Below, in pieces: positions 41,083-54,358 of a DNA stretch of 64,000 nucleotides. The notes under the pieces are model-generated. The model saw only the letters and a list, made by a program, of their open reading frames with translations, was not told the origin of the DNA and searched no databases. Source of the stretch: Ramazzottius varieornatus (Eukaryota; Animalia; Tardigrada); NCBI GenBank assembly GCA_001949185.1, contig BDGG01000001.1:2187324-2251323 (forward strand), in the 5' to 3' direction. The position numbers and the translations under genes were made by a program. Positions within the stretch are counted from its first letter, which is position 1, and each line of letters opens with the position of its first letter.

Positions 41083-41430
41083 CGCTATTTGGAGCAGTAA
41101 AGCAACTCTTCCTACCTCCTAGTTCCTAACTTCCTATTCAGTTCTTTTGGTTTGGTAACTTTGGTTCAGTAGTTTTCTTTTCGTTGGATTTCAGGATGAC
41201 TGTCAACTGACTTGCATCCTTCGCAACATCTGGATCTACTGATGAGAACGCTTGGTGGTGGATGAGACACGGATATCATGGTCTAAAGAGGAACAGCTTT
41301 CGAAGGTTCGGATGTTGGGTGACTTGCGGTAGGCTTCCTGTTGCTCGCCTGCTCAGCTTGTATATCTAGCGACTAGCCTGAGTACTCGGCAGACACCATC
41401 TTACGGCTTTGGACTTCTAAGACACTAAAC

Positions 41431-42357
41431 ATGGGACTGATGAAGATTCTGAAGAAGCTGAAGCAGAGCGAAAAGGAAATTCGCATATTGCTATTGTGAG
41501 TACTCGCTTCTTCTAGTCTTCTAGTCCCAGCTTCTCACTGTGTCTATGGGTTCTTGTCCGCAGAGGCTTGGACAATGCGGGGAAAACCACGATAATGTCA
41601 AAGTTCTGCGGCAAGGATACAAGCATCATTGCGCCTACGCTAGGCTTTAACATTGAAACGCTAGAGTTTCAAGGGTAAGACGGAGTGCCTCTATTGGGAT
41701 GCTGACGGATTTGGATACTTCCGGCAGTATTGTAGTGCCGCTTAAAAGGTTTGAGGGGCCTGCATGTTTTATAGGTTTAAGCTGACGTTTTGGGATGTTG
41801 GGGGACAGAAAAGCCTTCGTTCTTTTTGGCGGAATTACTTCGAAAACACGGATGCATTAGTATGGGTTGTGGATAGCGCAGATCGACTACGGATGGACGA
41901 CTGCAAAAGGGAACTGCACGCCTTACTGCTCGAAGAGGTACTCTACTCTGATATTGCTATTGTGCCTCTCGTCGTAATCTGATGTTAAACTAATCTGCTC
42001 TGTACCCTAGAGAATGGCAGGAGCTACCCTGATCATTTTCGCGAATAAGCAAGATCTGTCCAGCGCGGCTTCCGCGTCCGAAATCGCAGAGGTAAGCACT
42101 CGCTCGTTATACATACTTATGTCGTTCTCTCGTTCGATGGCGGCTTTGGCTCGGTAGAAACTCTGGCTTGGAGTAAATGGGACTGCATGCGCTGTACTGC
42201 AATCCGTTGTTTGCAGATTCTTGACCTGAAAAGTATCAAGACTCATAACTGGCTCATCATTCCTTGTTCGGCCATGTCCGGCGAAAACCTACTCAAAGGA
42301 ATGGAGTGGCTAACAAACGACGTTGCTTCTAGAATCTTCACTTTAGAGCAAGTGTAG
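41431..42357 (+). CDS. ARL2: ADP-ribosylation factor-like GTPase 2
   Basis: [22 protein letters not shown]|[44 protein letters not shown]. Confidence 0.95.
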
Positions 42358-42608
42358 AACCTTCTTCCATTTTTCCAGATGAGACACTTGCGGTCTATTC
42401 TTGGGTATAGCACATCGAATATATTCCCAAGTTCTTCTCCGGGAACATGCTTAGGTCTCTGGACTGTCTGATCTCACTTCGAACCGCTTGATGTAGTTGA
42501 ACATTCATTCTGCATAACTATAGATCGTTTGACAGAGAAACAAACGACGGGGCTAAAAGTAAAAGCATCACCAGAAAACGAACTAACATCAAGTTACGAA
42601 ACAAAAAT

Positions 42609-44414
42609 TTACGCAGTAGCTACGGTCGGTTTCGCATTGGTCGATGTCGATTCTGCTTCGTCTTCCAAATCTTCCACCTTCTGCTTTTCTCGTAGTTTCG
42701 CCAGGTATTCCTCTGAAGGTGCTTCGAGTGTTGGTTTTCTGAACGTCCTGATGACCGGGTCGACGGGTGGGGCCCATGCCGGCACAATTTTTGCATGTAG
42801 TCTCCACACGCCGTAAGGGTTCGTCAGGTGCTTCTCGAACACAACGTACTCCAATACATTCTTGACGAGGTTCTCGCTACCATACATTATCCTTCCGAAC
42901 CGATCGTACACAGCCAAAGACTGCAACAAAAAACGGAACAGCTGAAACACGCGATACGTCAAAGCCGATTAACAATACAAACAGGTACGAGTAACCGGCA
43001 TGGAGATTACAAGCCGAAAATTCCGACGTGGTGTTTAGAAGTCTCGATCTCGGTTTTTCCTGCCTTTTCCTTTTTCGTGATGTCTAAATTAAGAAAAAAC
43101 TTTTTCCCATGCTTTTCAAACTTTCACGAGACAGAACAGAAGCCACATTGGTGAGATGTGATCCTTGAAAGGGACAGGGGTATCGCGCAATGTTAAAGAG
43201 CCTGTGAGGTGTATTAAGATCAGACAATCAAGGATAGGAAACAGTGTCACGCTGTAATCTCCACGCCGCAATTTTCGAGTTGAAATCCCCATGCCGGTTA
43301 CCTCGTATTACGAGGTGATAAGTTTGCCGACTTGGGTTTGATCGTACAGCTGACACAAAGAACAAAGTCTTTATAAAATTCTTTCACGAACCTGTCTGCT
43401 GTGGATCCGAACAGTCACTTGACCATACAGGTTATGTTTGGTGAGGAGCGGAGATACTCTAGCATGAACCAGTCGAGGTAACTCGATCGATTCGTGCCAT
43501 TTCCATTTGATGGTCTTCGTGTCAATCCCGTCAATCATATCCTACAAAAGAAAGAAGGCGTGAAGTATCCGATGGAATAATTTTACACTAAACCCATGAA
43601 GCGAAGTAACACAGCAAACGTACGTACTGGGTAGGCATGCTCCGTAACGACGTCATGTAGTTTTTCCAGGTCGTTCCTATCAGTCAGGAAAAATCACTGA
43701 AGAGCTCTGGCGCGTTCATCACACACGGAATTTCGAGGAGGCGAACTTACTTGACTAGCAGGTTATGCGCGTCGATGTAAATGTCTTGGGCAACGAGAGC
43801 AAAGTCACCGGCATCAAACTCTTCTTCAAAACGCCTGATTTTCCTCAACCCGAGCATCGTTCGGCCCTTCTTCTGCAGCACATTGTAGCGTTCCTTCATA
43901 CCTTCTTTAGACAGCGTGGATGCCCTTCCGTCTCCTTCGGGCGGGATGAAAGGCTCCATAATGGTATCTGCAAAGTAAACATGAAGATAGGATCGTTAAA
44001 TTCAGCACAAGGAAATGAATACGCGAAATCAAGGCACTTCCGGTCAGCATTACATAGAGCGCACTTACCGGTGGTCGTAATGAGAAGCGGCTTCTCTTGA
44101 TACGGCCTAGTTGGTGCTACTCCTTCCTTCTTCATGATACTGCGGATTTCTTCTGGCGTTAACTGCCCTCTTGCCTGTCTCCGCATTTGTTCATAATCGG
44201 GAAGGTTCACCTAAAACACGCGTATATATGGCAACCTACGTTCCACAGCACTAACAAATGAACAACCATTCTCCCTACTTGCCTTTATGAATTTCAAAGC
44301 TCTCTCCTTCCTGAACCGCGGATCACGATGCTTGTTGCGTATATATCGCACGAAGGTAAGCTGGAGAGGCTCCACGCGCAGTGCCAAAAAGCGGGTAGCT
44401 GCACCAGTTAACAT
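42609..44414 (-). CDS. MRPL45: Mitochondrial ribosomal protein L45 (Tim44-like domain)
   Basis: [37 protein letters not shown]|[15 protein letters not shown]...[11 protein letters not shown]...[12 protein letters not shown]. Confidence 0.93.
42988..43305. mobile_element. Tc1/mariner-type MITE in an MRPL45 intron
   Basis: TA|cgagtaaccggcatggagattacaagccgaaaatt... / ...aattttcgagttgaaatccccatgccggttacctcg|TA. Confidence 0.8.
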
Positions 44415-44810
44415 CTTTGCGCTAGCCGGAAAATTAATGACATAGGTTTGATGATTTTGATGTTCGAAGACTCGGTCTCGGGAGCTGTCCACGAATCAAT
44501 ACTCACAACTCCATGCTGCTGCCACTGGTGCTGGCGCCATCCATCGCGACTCGAAAAGTGTAACTGCAGAACAACAATGAGACCTCGAAGAAGAAACAAT
44601 TACGAAGTAAAAGAACGATTTTTGATTTTTGGAAATAAAACAGCGAAGTTTGCCACCTCGGGGATTCCGCTGAGATGGGTTGATTGTTGATTAACTATAG
44701 AGATTCGGGCTCAGGTACTGATGAGCTGCTCTGCTGCTGTACGTCGCCGACCAAAATCGATTGGCTTGAATGCTGCTCGAGAATTCGAATTAATTGATCG
44801 CTCGACACTA

Positions 44811-47491
44811 CGAGGGAGAGGTTATTGAGTTAGCCATAACGACCTGCGGTTGTTGAGTTAGCCACCGCTGCTGTATGTGGTGGCGCACAGTCAGGGCAAT
44901 AGCCAGAAAACGCGGTGGAATCAATACCGCTCTTGTAAACTGCCGTACGAGGCGCATACCGCTGTTATAAAGGCTGATAATTTCGAGAGCCGAATTAACA
45001 TTTTCTTGACCGGAATGCCCATTGCAGAACTGAAACCCGCACATCATCGTCCTATAAAAACACTTCGTTTGACACCAGATATTATCCACAGAACACTCAG
45101 GTAAGCTACTAGATAAAACAGCGGAACCTGCATGAATATTCTAGCTAGAAGCTTTAGTCGTTTTCTGTTCTTTACGGCACGTGTGCTTTTGAGTGGAGCG
45201 CTGTTTAAGACTTCACTTGGGTTCGGGTCTGGTTCCTTGTCCGACGCTTTTCGCTTCACCGAACGGCGCTTTCTACCCAGAGCTACTTTCGGAGGTTTGG
45301 GAATAGCAGCTGAAGCGTGTCGAATTCTGGCTTGGCATGCTTTCGCCCTTCGACTGGCTGCTAGAGAGGCGGTTCTTTCTCTGGCTGCTGCTCGATTCTT
45401 TTCCAGATGGGACTGGAAATTCTCCTCGTTGGTTAAACCTCCAGCGTCGAGGTTCAGATGCTCGTTCTTCTCGCGACTGACTTTGTTGGGCGCAGCAGCA
45501 AACAGCGAAGCTTGCAGCGAAAATGCTAGAACAGCACCTGTAGTTACACCTCGCTGTTTGAGCCTGATGAATTCTTTGATGTCGTCTTGATCTTTTTGGC
45601 CGGCGATGTCAAATTCAGCCATCAAAACGTCAGTCAAACGGTCAAAGCTGGACCGATAGTCTTTTGGAGCGGAGTCCGCTGTCTCATCGAGAGGGGTAGG
45701 ACAATGTCGAGTCTTCACAGTCGCACAAATAACCTCAGGATTGAAAGGAAAGAGTCCTGATTTCTGGAATCCAGAGGTAAGATTCCGCCCAGGGTTGAAT
45801 AAGCGCTTCGGCGAGCACTCTTCAGTGTGAAACCCCAGTTTGACGAGATGAGAGAGCAGATTATCCTTGGTGACCTAAATTTTACAGAACGGAACATTAG
45901 TTAGGTGGATTGCACAGAAATTCAAAGGACCAAAGTTTTACCCGTCCTCCAACAACAGCACGGCGATGCCTCAAATAATCTCTCCATGCTCTTTTAACTT
46001 GCCCAAAAGACGGAGACATCAAAAGGCTGCAGATGATTGGTTTGGCCAGCAGTTACGGCAAAGACGCGCACGATCTTTCCGGTTTCCGCCTCGAACTCCT
46101 TGATGTATTTCATCAGGGTGAAGTTGTTGATATGGGAGAAGTGTCCATCAACGAAAATCACATTCTAAAATTACAATAAGCATGACGTCATACGTCAAAA
46201 CTAATGCATTCCAGCAAGCCCAACGGACGACTGCGTAACGATGTACTGTGCAACTCATGTATTATTAGATTTCTTACATTTATTTTGGTCATTGCCGGAA
46301 ATACGACCATCTTGATATAGCTTGCGAAATGCATTTGATCCATAGTGCCGGACTCATTCTGTGCCCTCCAGACGAGATCGAACGCGACGTTTTCCGGAGA
46401 ACAGCGCGATAAAAAGAAGCTGCATTCCAGCCGCGTTGCCACAAGGTAGGATAGTCACTAATTTTTTCTCTGTTCCGTCGTACTGTGAGTAAACTTGCCT
46501 CAATCCTTTCCGTCCAACGACTCTGTCGAACATTTCGGTCGTGTTAAACGTAGGTTCGTCCCAGTTACAAACTTGATCTGGCTCGCCGAGAAATCCTCCG
46601 TCCTGAAGCTCCGTCAATTTAGCGATGTACCTGTCCGCCAGCTCGTGCGTCCACTCTCGTTCCTTTTTTCGGTTATTGGCATGGGTTATTCGTAATGATA
46701 GTTGTGGGTGGCGCGTAAAGAATCTTCGAAAGTGCTGATCGTTGAGCGCTGTGTGGATAAGACCTGAAAAAACAAAGTAAATCCATAAGAGCTGACCAAA
46801 ATTCGAATATTACCTTAAAGTTGAGATAAATCAGCTTACCAACTCGAGTATTCATCTCAATGATTTCTGCGGCAGTGTTGTCGGTTAAGCGGTATCCCAG
46901 TATCTGTACAGCTCAACAGTAAGTCTTCCAGGGCATTTTCTTCGTAGGGAGGAATTTTAGGCTGTTTTCCATGACTTCCGGTGTGTCGACCATTCAACCG
47001 ATTGTCCAGCGTCTGCCGGTTTACTCCGCACGCCTCCGCAGTGTCCCGCATTCCCCATCCCATTTCTCACCGCATGAACCGCTGCTTGCATCGTTAACTG
47101 TGCATAGACCTCTAGTGCAGTCTTCAACTTGAGAGACGCCATGTTTATTCCGACAGAGTTGATAACAAAACTGCTGTACGAAATTTGGCCGCGCAGTGAA
47201 AAAAATAATTTTTATTGTCATTGAAAACCGTGTCGCCAGCGCCTCTAGTGGCCTTAGTTTCATTTCTGGTCCAGGCTCTCTAACATGGAGTTTGACAGTT
47301 TGCCGAACTGTGGATCTTGTGCATGCATTGAGAACCTAAGCCCATCGCAAGAAGTACTATTCGACAGTCCGTCATTTTCTCTGGCGAATCATCCAAACAT
47401 GTGCTAGAATATGTCAGATAGAACGGGCGAAAACAGGTGGCTAACTCAACAACCAAAGGTTCTTATGGCTAACTCAATAACCTCTCCCTCG
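44811..47491 (-). mobile_element. Full-length pogo-type (HTH + DDE_1) DNA transposon with a frameshifted, intron-containing transposase
   Basis: TA TSD; ~56 bp TIRs cgagggagaggttattgagttagccataa...; psq-like HTH (MRDTAEACGVNRQTLDNRL); NWDEPTF, VTILPCGNAAG, VDGHFSH, TNHLQPFDVSVFG. Confidence 0.92.
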
Positions 47492-47719
47492 TACAGTGAG
47501 TTTGTGCACGGCAAAGTACTGCAGCTCGTCAGTGGGCTCAAGTAATGTTGTCCTCAATCAAGCGAAGACTTTAATGTCACTACAAGCAACACAAATTACA
47601 CAGCAGTTTTGATTGCCAATCCAATCTTTCGTCCGAGTTATCCAAAATCGTGTGTTCTTCTCGATCTTCGAAAAGAACTGGTGCTGTTGTTTTCTGTACT
47701 TTCGGGATCTGCAAGGAGA

Positions 47720-48836
47720 ATGGGTGACGGTGAACGATACAGTTTCTCGCTGACGACGTTCAGTCCGTCGGGGAAGCTAGCCCAGATTGAATATGCCTTG
47801 GCTGCTGTGGCAGCCGGAGCTCCGACCATTGGAGTTCGAGGTAACTGTCTCCTTCTTCCATTATACTTGTGTGGTGCTGTACCAGAGTGGCTGGAAATTG
47901 TCTCTTTGATAGCTGCTGATGGAGTGGTGTTGGCCACGGAGAAGAAGCAAAAGAATCAGTTGTTTGAAGAGGATACCATCGTCAAAGTCGAATCCGTCAG
48001 CAAGAACATCGGAATGGTGTACAGTGGAATGGGCCCAGATTTCAGGTAAGAGTCACACCCCTCCTGTCCATGTCCGCTGCAGAGAGCACAGGGAATTTAT
48101 TGTAGGTTGTTGGTCAAGAGAGCCAGGAAGATCGCTCAGGAATATAAGATGATGTATCAAGAGAACATACCGTGTATCCAGCTTGTTCAGCGCGTTGCTG
48201 CCGTCATGCAAGAATTCACACAGTCTGGGTAACTGTTTTTGGGATCTCTCATGTTTTTTTTCTCACCAGATCATTGAAAAAAGAGTGGCTGTGGTTTGTA
48301 GTGGTGTGAGACCTTTCGGAGTTTCGCTGTTGATCGCTTCGTGGGACAACAAGCGTCCTTATCTGTTTCAAGTCGATCCATCCGGCTCCTACTTCGCGTG
48401 GAAAGCTTCGGCTATGGGAAAGAACTACGTGAACGCGAAAACCTTCTTGGAAAAACGGTATGAGATATCGGAACATGGTTTTTCCTACAGTACGAAATAT
48501 GAATGAGACCTCGGCGAACAAACCCGACAAGAATGATTTCCCAAGTGGCGCATCTGTTCAGTGTCATTGGCTGAAAGCTTGCGCCACTTGGACAACGATC
48601 TGGTCGTTCGCTTGCTGTAGGTTCCAGATTATGGAAATTACGGTGAGATTTTTTTCAGGTTTTCTGACGATATGGTTATCGAGGATGCCGTCCATACCGC
48701 TCTTTTGACTTTGAAAGAGAGTTTCGACGGCCAGATGAATGAGACAAATATCGAGGTTGGAATCGCCACTGCCAAAGATGGTTTCCGCCTTTTGTCTCTT
48801 CCCGAACTGAAAGACTATCTCAAATCTATCACCTGA
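47720..48836 (+). CDS. PSMA2: Proteasome subunit alpha type 2
   Basis: [42 protein letters not shown]|[21 protein letters not shown]. Confidence 0.97.
48538..48593. repeat. Intronic 27-nt-spacer palindrome, family A (PSMA2 intron)
   Basis: Perfect arms: ccaagtggcgca-N27-tgcgccacttgg. Confidence 0.92.
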
Positions 48837-50013
48837 ATATAAATTTTTCATCTCTGCTTCCTTGTGCATCGAGGTATCAGATTTTGGTAAACAGGCACTC
48901 GGCACACTATCATTTACGATCAAATATACAGTAGCTTTCATCCAAGTTTTTCTATGCATTCAGTTAAATTGAAGTAACGTTACTCACACAATTTATCTGT
49001 AATTATCAGACTTGCTGGAAAGTATGTCCCGATGTCCAACGAAGCAGGAAAGCATCATTCGTTGTGTTCGTCATTCGTGTGGAAAGTGGTAGCGGAAGTA
49101 TCCGTAAGCCGGTATACATGCTCAGGTTTCCCGTCAGCCCTCAGCACCCAGTTTGGTCCTATCTTCCGTAACCTCAACGTGAACCTGGCAGCTAGACTGT
49201 ATAAAGACTTGAAGAACGATGGCCAAGGGAACTTTCGAGAGAATACCGAATCGTGGTATCGAACGCGACGAGATAATTTGGACGTATGCAAAACTGGAGC
49301 CAGATATAATCCCCTAATCCACTGTTCGCGCCGTATCTTATTAACTCATCACTCAATCATTAAGACTGTTGGCTGGACATATTCTCCTCTGCTGGCGAAT
49401 TATGTTCCAGAATCTGCAGCAGAGCTGGCAGAAATGCAGTAGAGGATTGCCGACCTTTTCTTGGCCTGCGAGTTGAAGTACTGGCTTCCACACTTTATGG
49501 CGTTCGGTGGATAAGGTAGGTATTCTCTCCATCACATTGAATTATAATGTGATCGTTGCTGTCACGCGCAACAAAGCATTTAGCAGACGAAATAAATCTT
49601 ACGCTGATGTTGGCTCAGCTCGATGTTTCCACACGTGTAACCTGTTTGTTTATTCAAGAGTATTTCTCGCAACAATCGATTGGCATGTTCTCAATGGTTT
49701 CGAGGTACTCCATGGTCGATGGACAATGCTGGAAGCTGGACAAGCAGGCGGTTGTCTCATTATGTATCGTCTTCTTTCGCAGTTGTACTTCAACTTTCCA
49801 CAGTCCAGAATGCTCTCATTGCGCAGATAAAGAGTACGATGGCTGTCAGGTGGATGCAACCCGGAAGGACCCGTATAACGGTTCACACATAAGGGTACGT
49901 GTCACTTCCCCACCAGCGCTATTAATACAAGACTAACAAGACTCTGGCTTGAAGGAAGAAGAATCGTCTCTCAAAGTTGATCAGTCACAGCTCGATCTGT
50001 TGTTTTGCACACG

Positions 50014-52311
50014 ATGAAAGAACATCCGGGAATCAAAAAGATAGGCAGCAAGGTTCTCTTGGAAGATAATCCCCTTCCGGTCAATCCGTCGTTTTCTCGA
50101 CGACTATGGTATCACTTCCTGTGTCCGCCACATTCCTACTTAGCCTATCTTCTTACAAGAGGAATGGTTTGCCTGTTGATTTGGCTAACCGCCTTTGCCG
50201 TATTCAAGCAGGATGCACTTCCGGGTGGGAATGTTTTTGCTCTGTTCGTCTTGGTCGTCAGCGCCATGTTGGGTGGGTTCCTCGTCAGCCTAGTGAAACT
50301 GCCCCCGCTACTTGGAATGCTTATAATGGTGAGTTGCGCATGTTTTTCGTATCCAGGAACAACGAACTCCTGTGCGGAGTCCAAAATCAGTTTAGATCAT
50401 TTTGATGGAATGCAAACGACACCAACGTAGTTTTCACCGGAACTCATCTATGCTTATGTACGTATTTTGCATGACAAATTTCTTTTGGCCTTTTCAGGGA
50501 TGTCTTCTGCGGAACGTACCTCACATCGACTTCGCCAAAGACATCGATCAAAGATGGTCTTCTCTACTTCGCAACGTAGCCTTGACCATCATCTTGACCA
50601 GAGCTGGGCTTGGCCTTGACTCCAGGGCTCTCAAGAGGCTGAGCAAGTCAGTGCTGCTTTTGGCTTTCCTTCCTTGCTTGGCTGAAGCGGGATCCGTGGG
50701 AATCGCTGCGTACCTAATCCTGCAGTTCCCCTGGATATGGGGTTTCCTGCTGGGCTTTGTCCAGGCCGCGGTCAGCCCCGCAGTAGTGGTACCGTTTATG
50801 CTGAAATTGCAGGCGGATAAGCTTGGGACGAAAAAAGGCATTCCGACTCTTCTGATGGCCGCTTCGAGCTTGGACGATGTCCTCGCCATCAGCGGGTTCA
50901 GCGTCCTTCTCAGCACCATCTTTTCCCGAATCGGTATGTGTTTTTCCATACCACCAGACAACAAATCACTCCGGGTGTTTCTCATTTCCAGATACGGCTC
51001 TGTGGTTCCAGATAATACAAGGTCCTCTGGAGATCGTAGTTGGACTAGCTTATGGGACTTTCATCGGCGTTGTTTTCTGGTATCTTCCGCATCGAGAGCA
51101 TGTAAGTGCCATACCGAGTACTTCATAAACTGCATGACTATCGATTCCAAGATCAAAATGAGGCTATGTCCTTGCAGGACGATGTGGCGCTGTTCCGTTT
51201 CCTGTTTCTTTTTCTCGGAGGCCTCGCCGTTATCGTTGGCTCGAAAGCACTCGGATTTTCCGGCGCAGGAGCCCTAGGCTGCCTCACTTCTGCTTTCGTA
51301 GCTGGCCATAAATGGCGAACTCCTGGCTGGGATGTCGAAAGGGTTGGTAACTAACTCCTCTTGTTTATGGCTGTTCATCATTCATTGAAAGATTTTCAGG
51401 TGAAAGCATCCACAGTGTTTTTGTACCTGTGGACAGTATTCCAGCCAGCCCTATTTGGCCTGATTGGTGCCGAAGTTATCTTCCAGCGGATCAAAGCGGA
51501 AACAGTTGGGCTGACCATTGCAGTATTAGTTATCGGTCTTGTGGTTCGGATGGCATTTACGATGGTAGCTGTAACGGGCTCAGGCCTCAACTGGAAGGAG
51601 AAACTGTTCACAGCTATAGCTTGGGTCCCGAAAGCCACGGTTAGTCCATAAATCTGTCTAACTTTGGCGATCCCGGAAGTTAACTCTTGTCGATTTCAGG
51701 TACAAGCGGCGTTGGGTTCGGTGGCACTAGACATCGCTCGTGAGACTAACGCGTTACCGGAAGTGATCGACTTAGGCGAGAAGGTAAATCTTTCCAAGTA
51801 CAGTGTACGACAAAATAAGCTATCAAAAATGGGCGGAGCGTCTCAAATACGGACGAGGAATCAAAATCAGTGTTAAGCCAATGCGCAAATTTGATTCGCT
51901 ATATCCAGCTGGTTCCCTTGACACCGCTTTTTGGAAGCTCATTTTGTCGTACACTGTACTTTTGTCATTGTTGTTCTGTTGTGCGATTGTTTTGCTTCCT
52001 CGCAGGTTGTCACTATTGCGGTGCTGTTGATTGTGATAACAGCACCATTGGGAGCCATCACAATCACGTTCTCGTCGACAAGACTACTGGAAGCCGAAGA
52101 TCACCCCACGGTAGGGCGGGACGCGGAAGGAGACTTCGAAGACAACTCGCTGCGCGAAAGCGGAGAATTTGACGGTGACGATATTAGCGTCATCCGAACT
52201 GCAAATCAGATCTTGAATTCCAGAGATTTTAATGGCGCATTCTCGCCCAACGTGGAACGGATGAAAATGATAGATGAACCTGGCTCCGATATTTTTCTTC
52301 CTCGGAAATAA
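50014..52311 (+). CDS. Na+/H+ antiporter of the NHA/SLC9B family; start uncertain
   Basis: LPPLLGMLI, LRNVALTIILTRAGLGLD, AAVSPAVVVP, GIPTLLMAASSLDDVLAI, AWVPKATVQAALG, ITAPLGA. Confidence 0.92.
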
Positions 52312-52636
52312 TTACCTTAATTGAGTTTTGAATTCTTCTGCGAATTCTCAGTGTTTACGCCCCATGCGACGGATATGACATGATATATTACGTAGACTTG
52401 CTTAGACGGCTATATTACTTACTATATTACCTTACAATATTCGCAATCGCAACTTGTCAGACTCTCCACTTATCACTTCTGTTAATTCGGTTGATCCTTC
52501 GACTTCTCAGAGGGTATCGATATTTCACCAGTTCTAGAAGTGGGTTCTCTGTCGGGAGGGGGATAAATAACCTCCTGTTTGTCTTCCTGAGAGTGAGGAC
52601 TAGGACCCAAATCCGCAGCTTGAACATCCAGCCACA

Positions 52637-54127
52637 ATGATACCTCAGCGCGTCGTTTCATCCTGCCGTCGATGTATTCATACGAAGATCGGTAACCGAC
52701 CTCGCACCTACGATCCTCGGTTCGAGGAGATGGAGGAAAGAGTATTTCGGACTACGAAGACGGAACCAAAGCTCCGCACGTACGTCTGGGGGAACGCGAG
52801 GACAGGAGCCCTGGCTATACCCGAGGACAACATTCGTTCGAGGAATAAGGATTCCCCTTACATGAAAAGGTCCCCTGTCCGACTTCCTTTCTGCGAGCTG
52901 ACGGATACCAGATTCAAGCAAACCAGCTGTGGCTACGGTTTCACTCTATTCCTTGCCGACAAGCCCGATGAGCAGCTGAACCAGCTGTTCGGAGCAGGAG
53001 CGAACACTGATGGACAAATCGGTCACCATAAGCATCCAGACAAGCCAAAAGTCGCCGCTGAATATATCAACAGACCGTTACCCATTTCCCTACCTTTTCG
53101 AAACAGGCATTCGAGAGTTCTGGAGGTCGCAGCGGGAAGAGCGCATAGTATATTCCTGACGGAAGAAGGATGCTTCTCTATGGGCAATAATGCTTACGGT
53201 AAGCTCAATCAACAATCAGATCATTTATCAGGGCCGTGCCCGGTGTGTACCACAAGGCCGTGCTGGTTACGTCACCGCGGCGCTCTGCTTTCTCTGGGTC
53301 TTTCTTTAATTTACCTTCGCTCGCAGTGTTGAACGTTCACAGGACAATGTGGAAGGGAAATCAACAGAGATGAAGAATCTTCTCACCGCGTATCGGCAGT
53401 GACCAAAGTCTCCGGGCTGCCAAAGGATGTGAAGTCGGTTCGATGCGGGCAAGATAACAGCTTCTTCCTGACAACAGAAGGCAAGGTATACAGTTTAGGC
53501 TGGGGCGCCGATGGCCAAACAGGTCTCGGTCACCACGACATGGTTTTCACTCCACAGCTTGTCGGCGGAGACATTGCCAGTGAAAAGATCGTCGATCTCT
53601 CCTGTGCAGCCGACTGCGTCTTGGCTCTTTCAGACAAAGGTGAGGTCTTTGGATGGGGTAACTCGGAGTATCGCCAGCTGGCTATAATAACAGACCATCC
53701 ACAAATCAGTGTTCCCGTGCACCTTCCCTTCAAACTCGGAACGATAAGGAGCGTTTCTTCCGGTGGGACTGTCTGTGGGTTGGTGAACGAGAGCGGTGAA
53801 GTGTACGTGTGGGGATTCGGGTTGCTGGGAAAGGGACCGGAGCTCACGGATGCGGATAGACCTTCTCTTCTACCGAATAGCCTGTTTGCGGCTAAAGAGT
53901 TTGGTGAGCAGAACCCTGTTAAGACTATTCACTGTAGTTTAGTACATTCGGCTGTTGTAACTGAACGTGGTGATCTGTTCATGTGGGGCTCGAATGATTC
54001 GGGCCAGATTGGGCTTGGCCATCAGAAGACCCAGTATTTCCCTTTGAGAGTTCCCATACCGTCTTCCGTGAGACAGCTAAGTCTGGGAGTAGATCATAAT
54101 GCTGCTATTTGCAAAGCTCTTATTTAG
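52637..54127 (+). CDS. RCC1L: Mitochondrial RCC1-like protein (WBSCR16)
   Basis: YVWGNARTGAL, SCGYGFT, GNNAY|GQCGR, GWGADGQTGLG, GWGNSEYRQL; RCC1 repeats and a presequence-like N-terminus. Confidence 0.9.
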
Positions 54128-54358
54128 AGCTTCTTTTTGTTTAATCAAATACGTGACCTATACAACAAAGAATACTCCGGGAACGGATGACAACGACAAT
54201 AAAATGGACGGAAATGAGCAAAATCAGTCAGATAAAATCTGTGACATAACAAGTCGTGTTTTCAATGAGCTTTCGTAGATACTTCTAAAAATACTGCCCC
54301 AAATATTTTGTTCCCTGTTTATGAAATCGACGGAAGTTTAATTACATCGTTCTTCATT

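Noticed and set aside
6363-48593. CRISPR-like or snoRNA interpretation of the fixed-spacer palindromes
   Set aside because: The repeats are inverted and dispersed, not arrayed. The context is eukaryotic with no cas genes. The copies occur in both orientations relative to the host transcript and have no consistent C/D or H/ACA boxes.
49032-49936. ORFs between PSMA2 and the NHA gene
   Set aside because: No recognisable motifs. They may be UTR or upstream exons of the antiporter.
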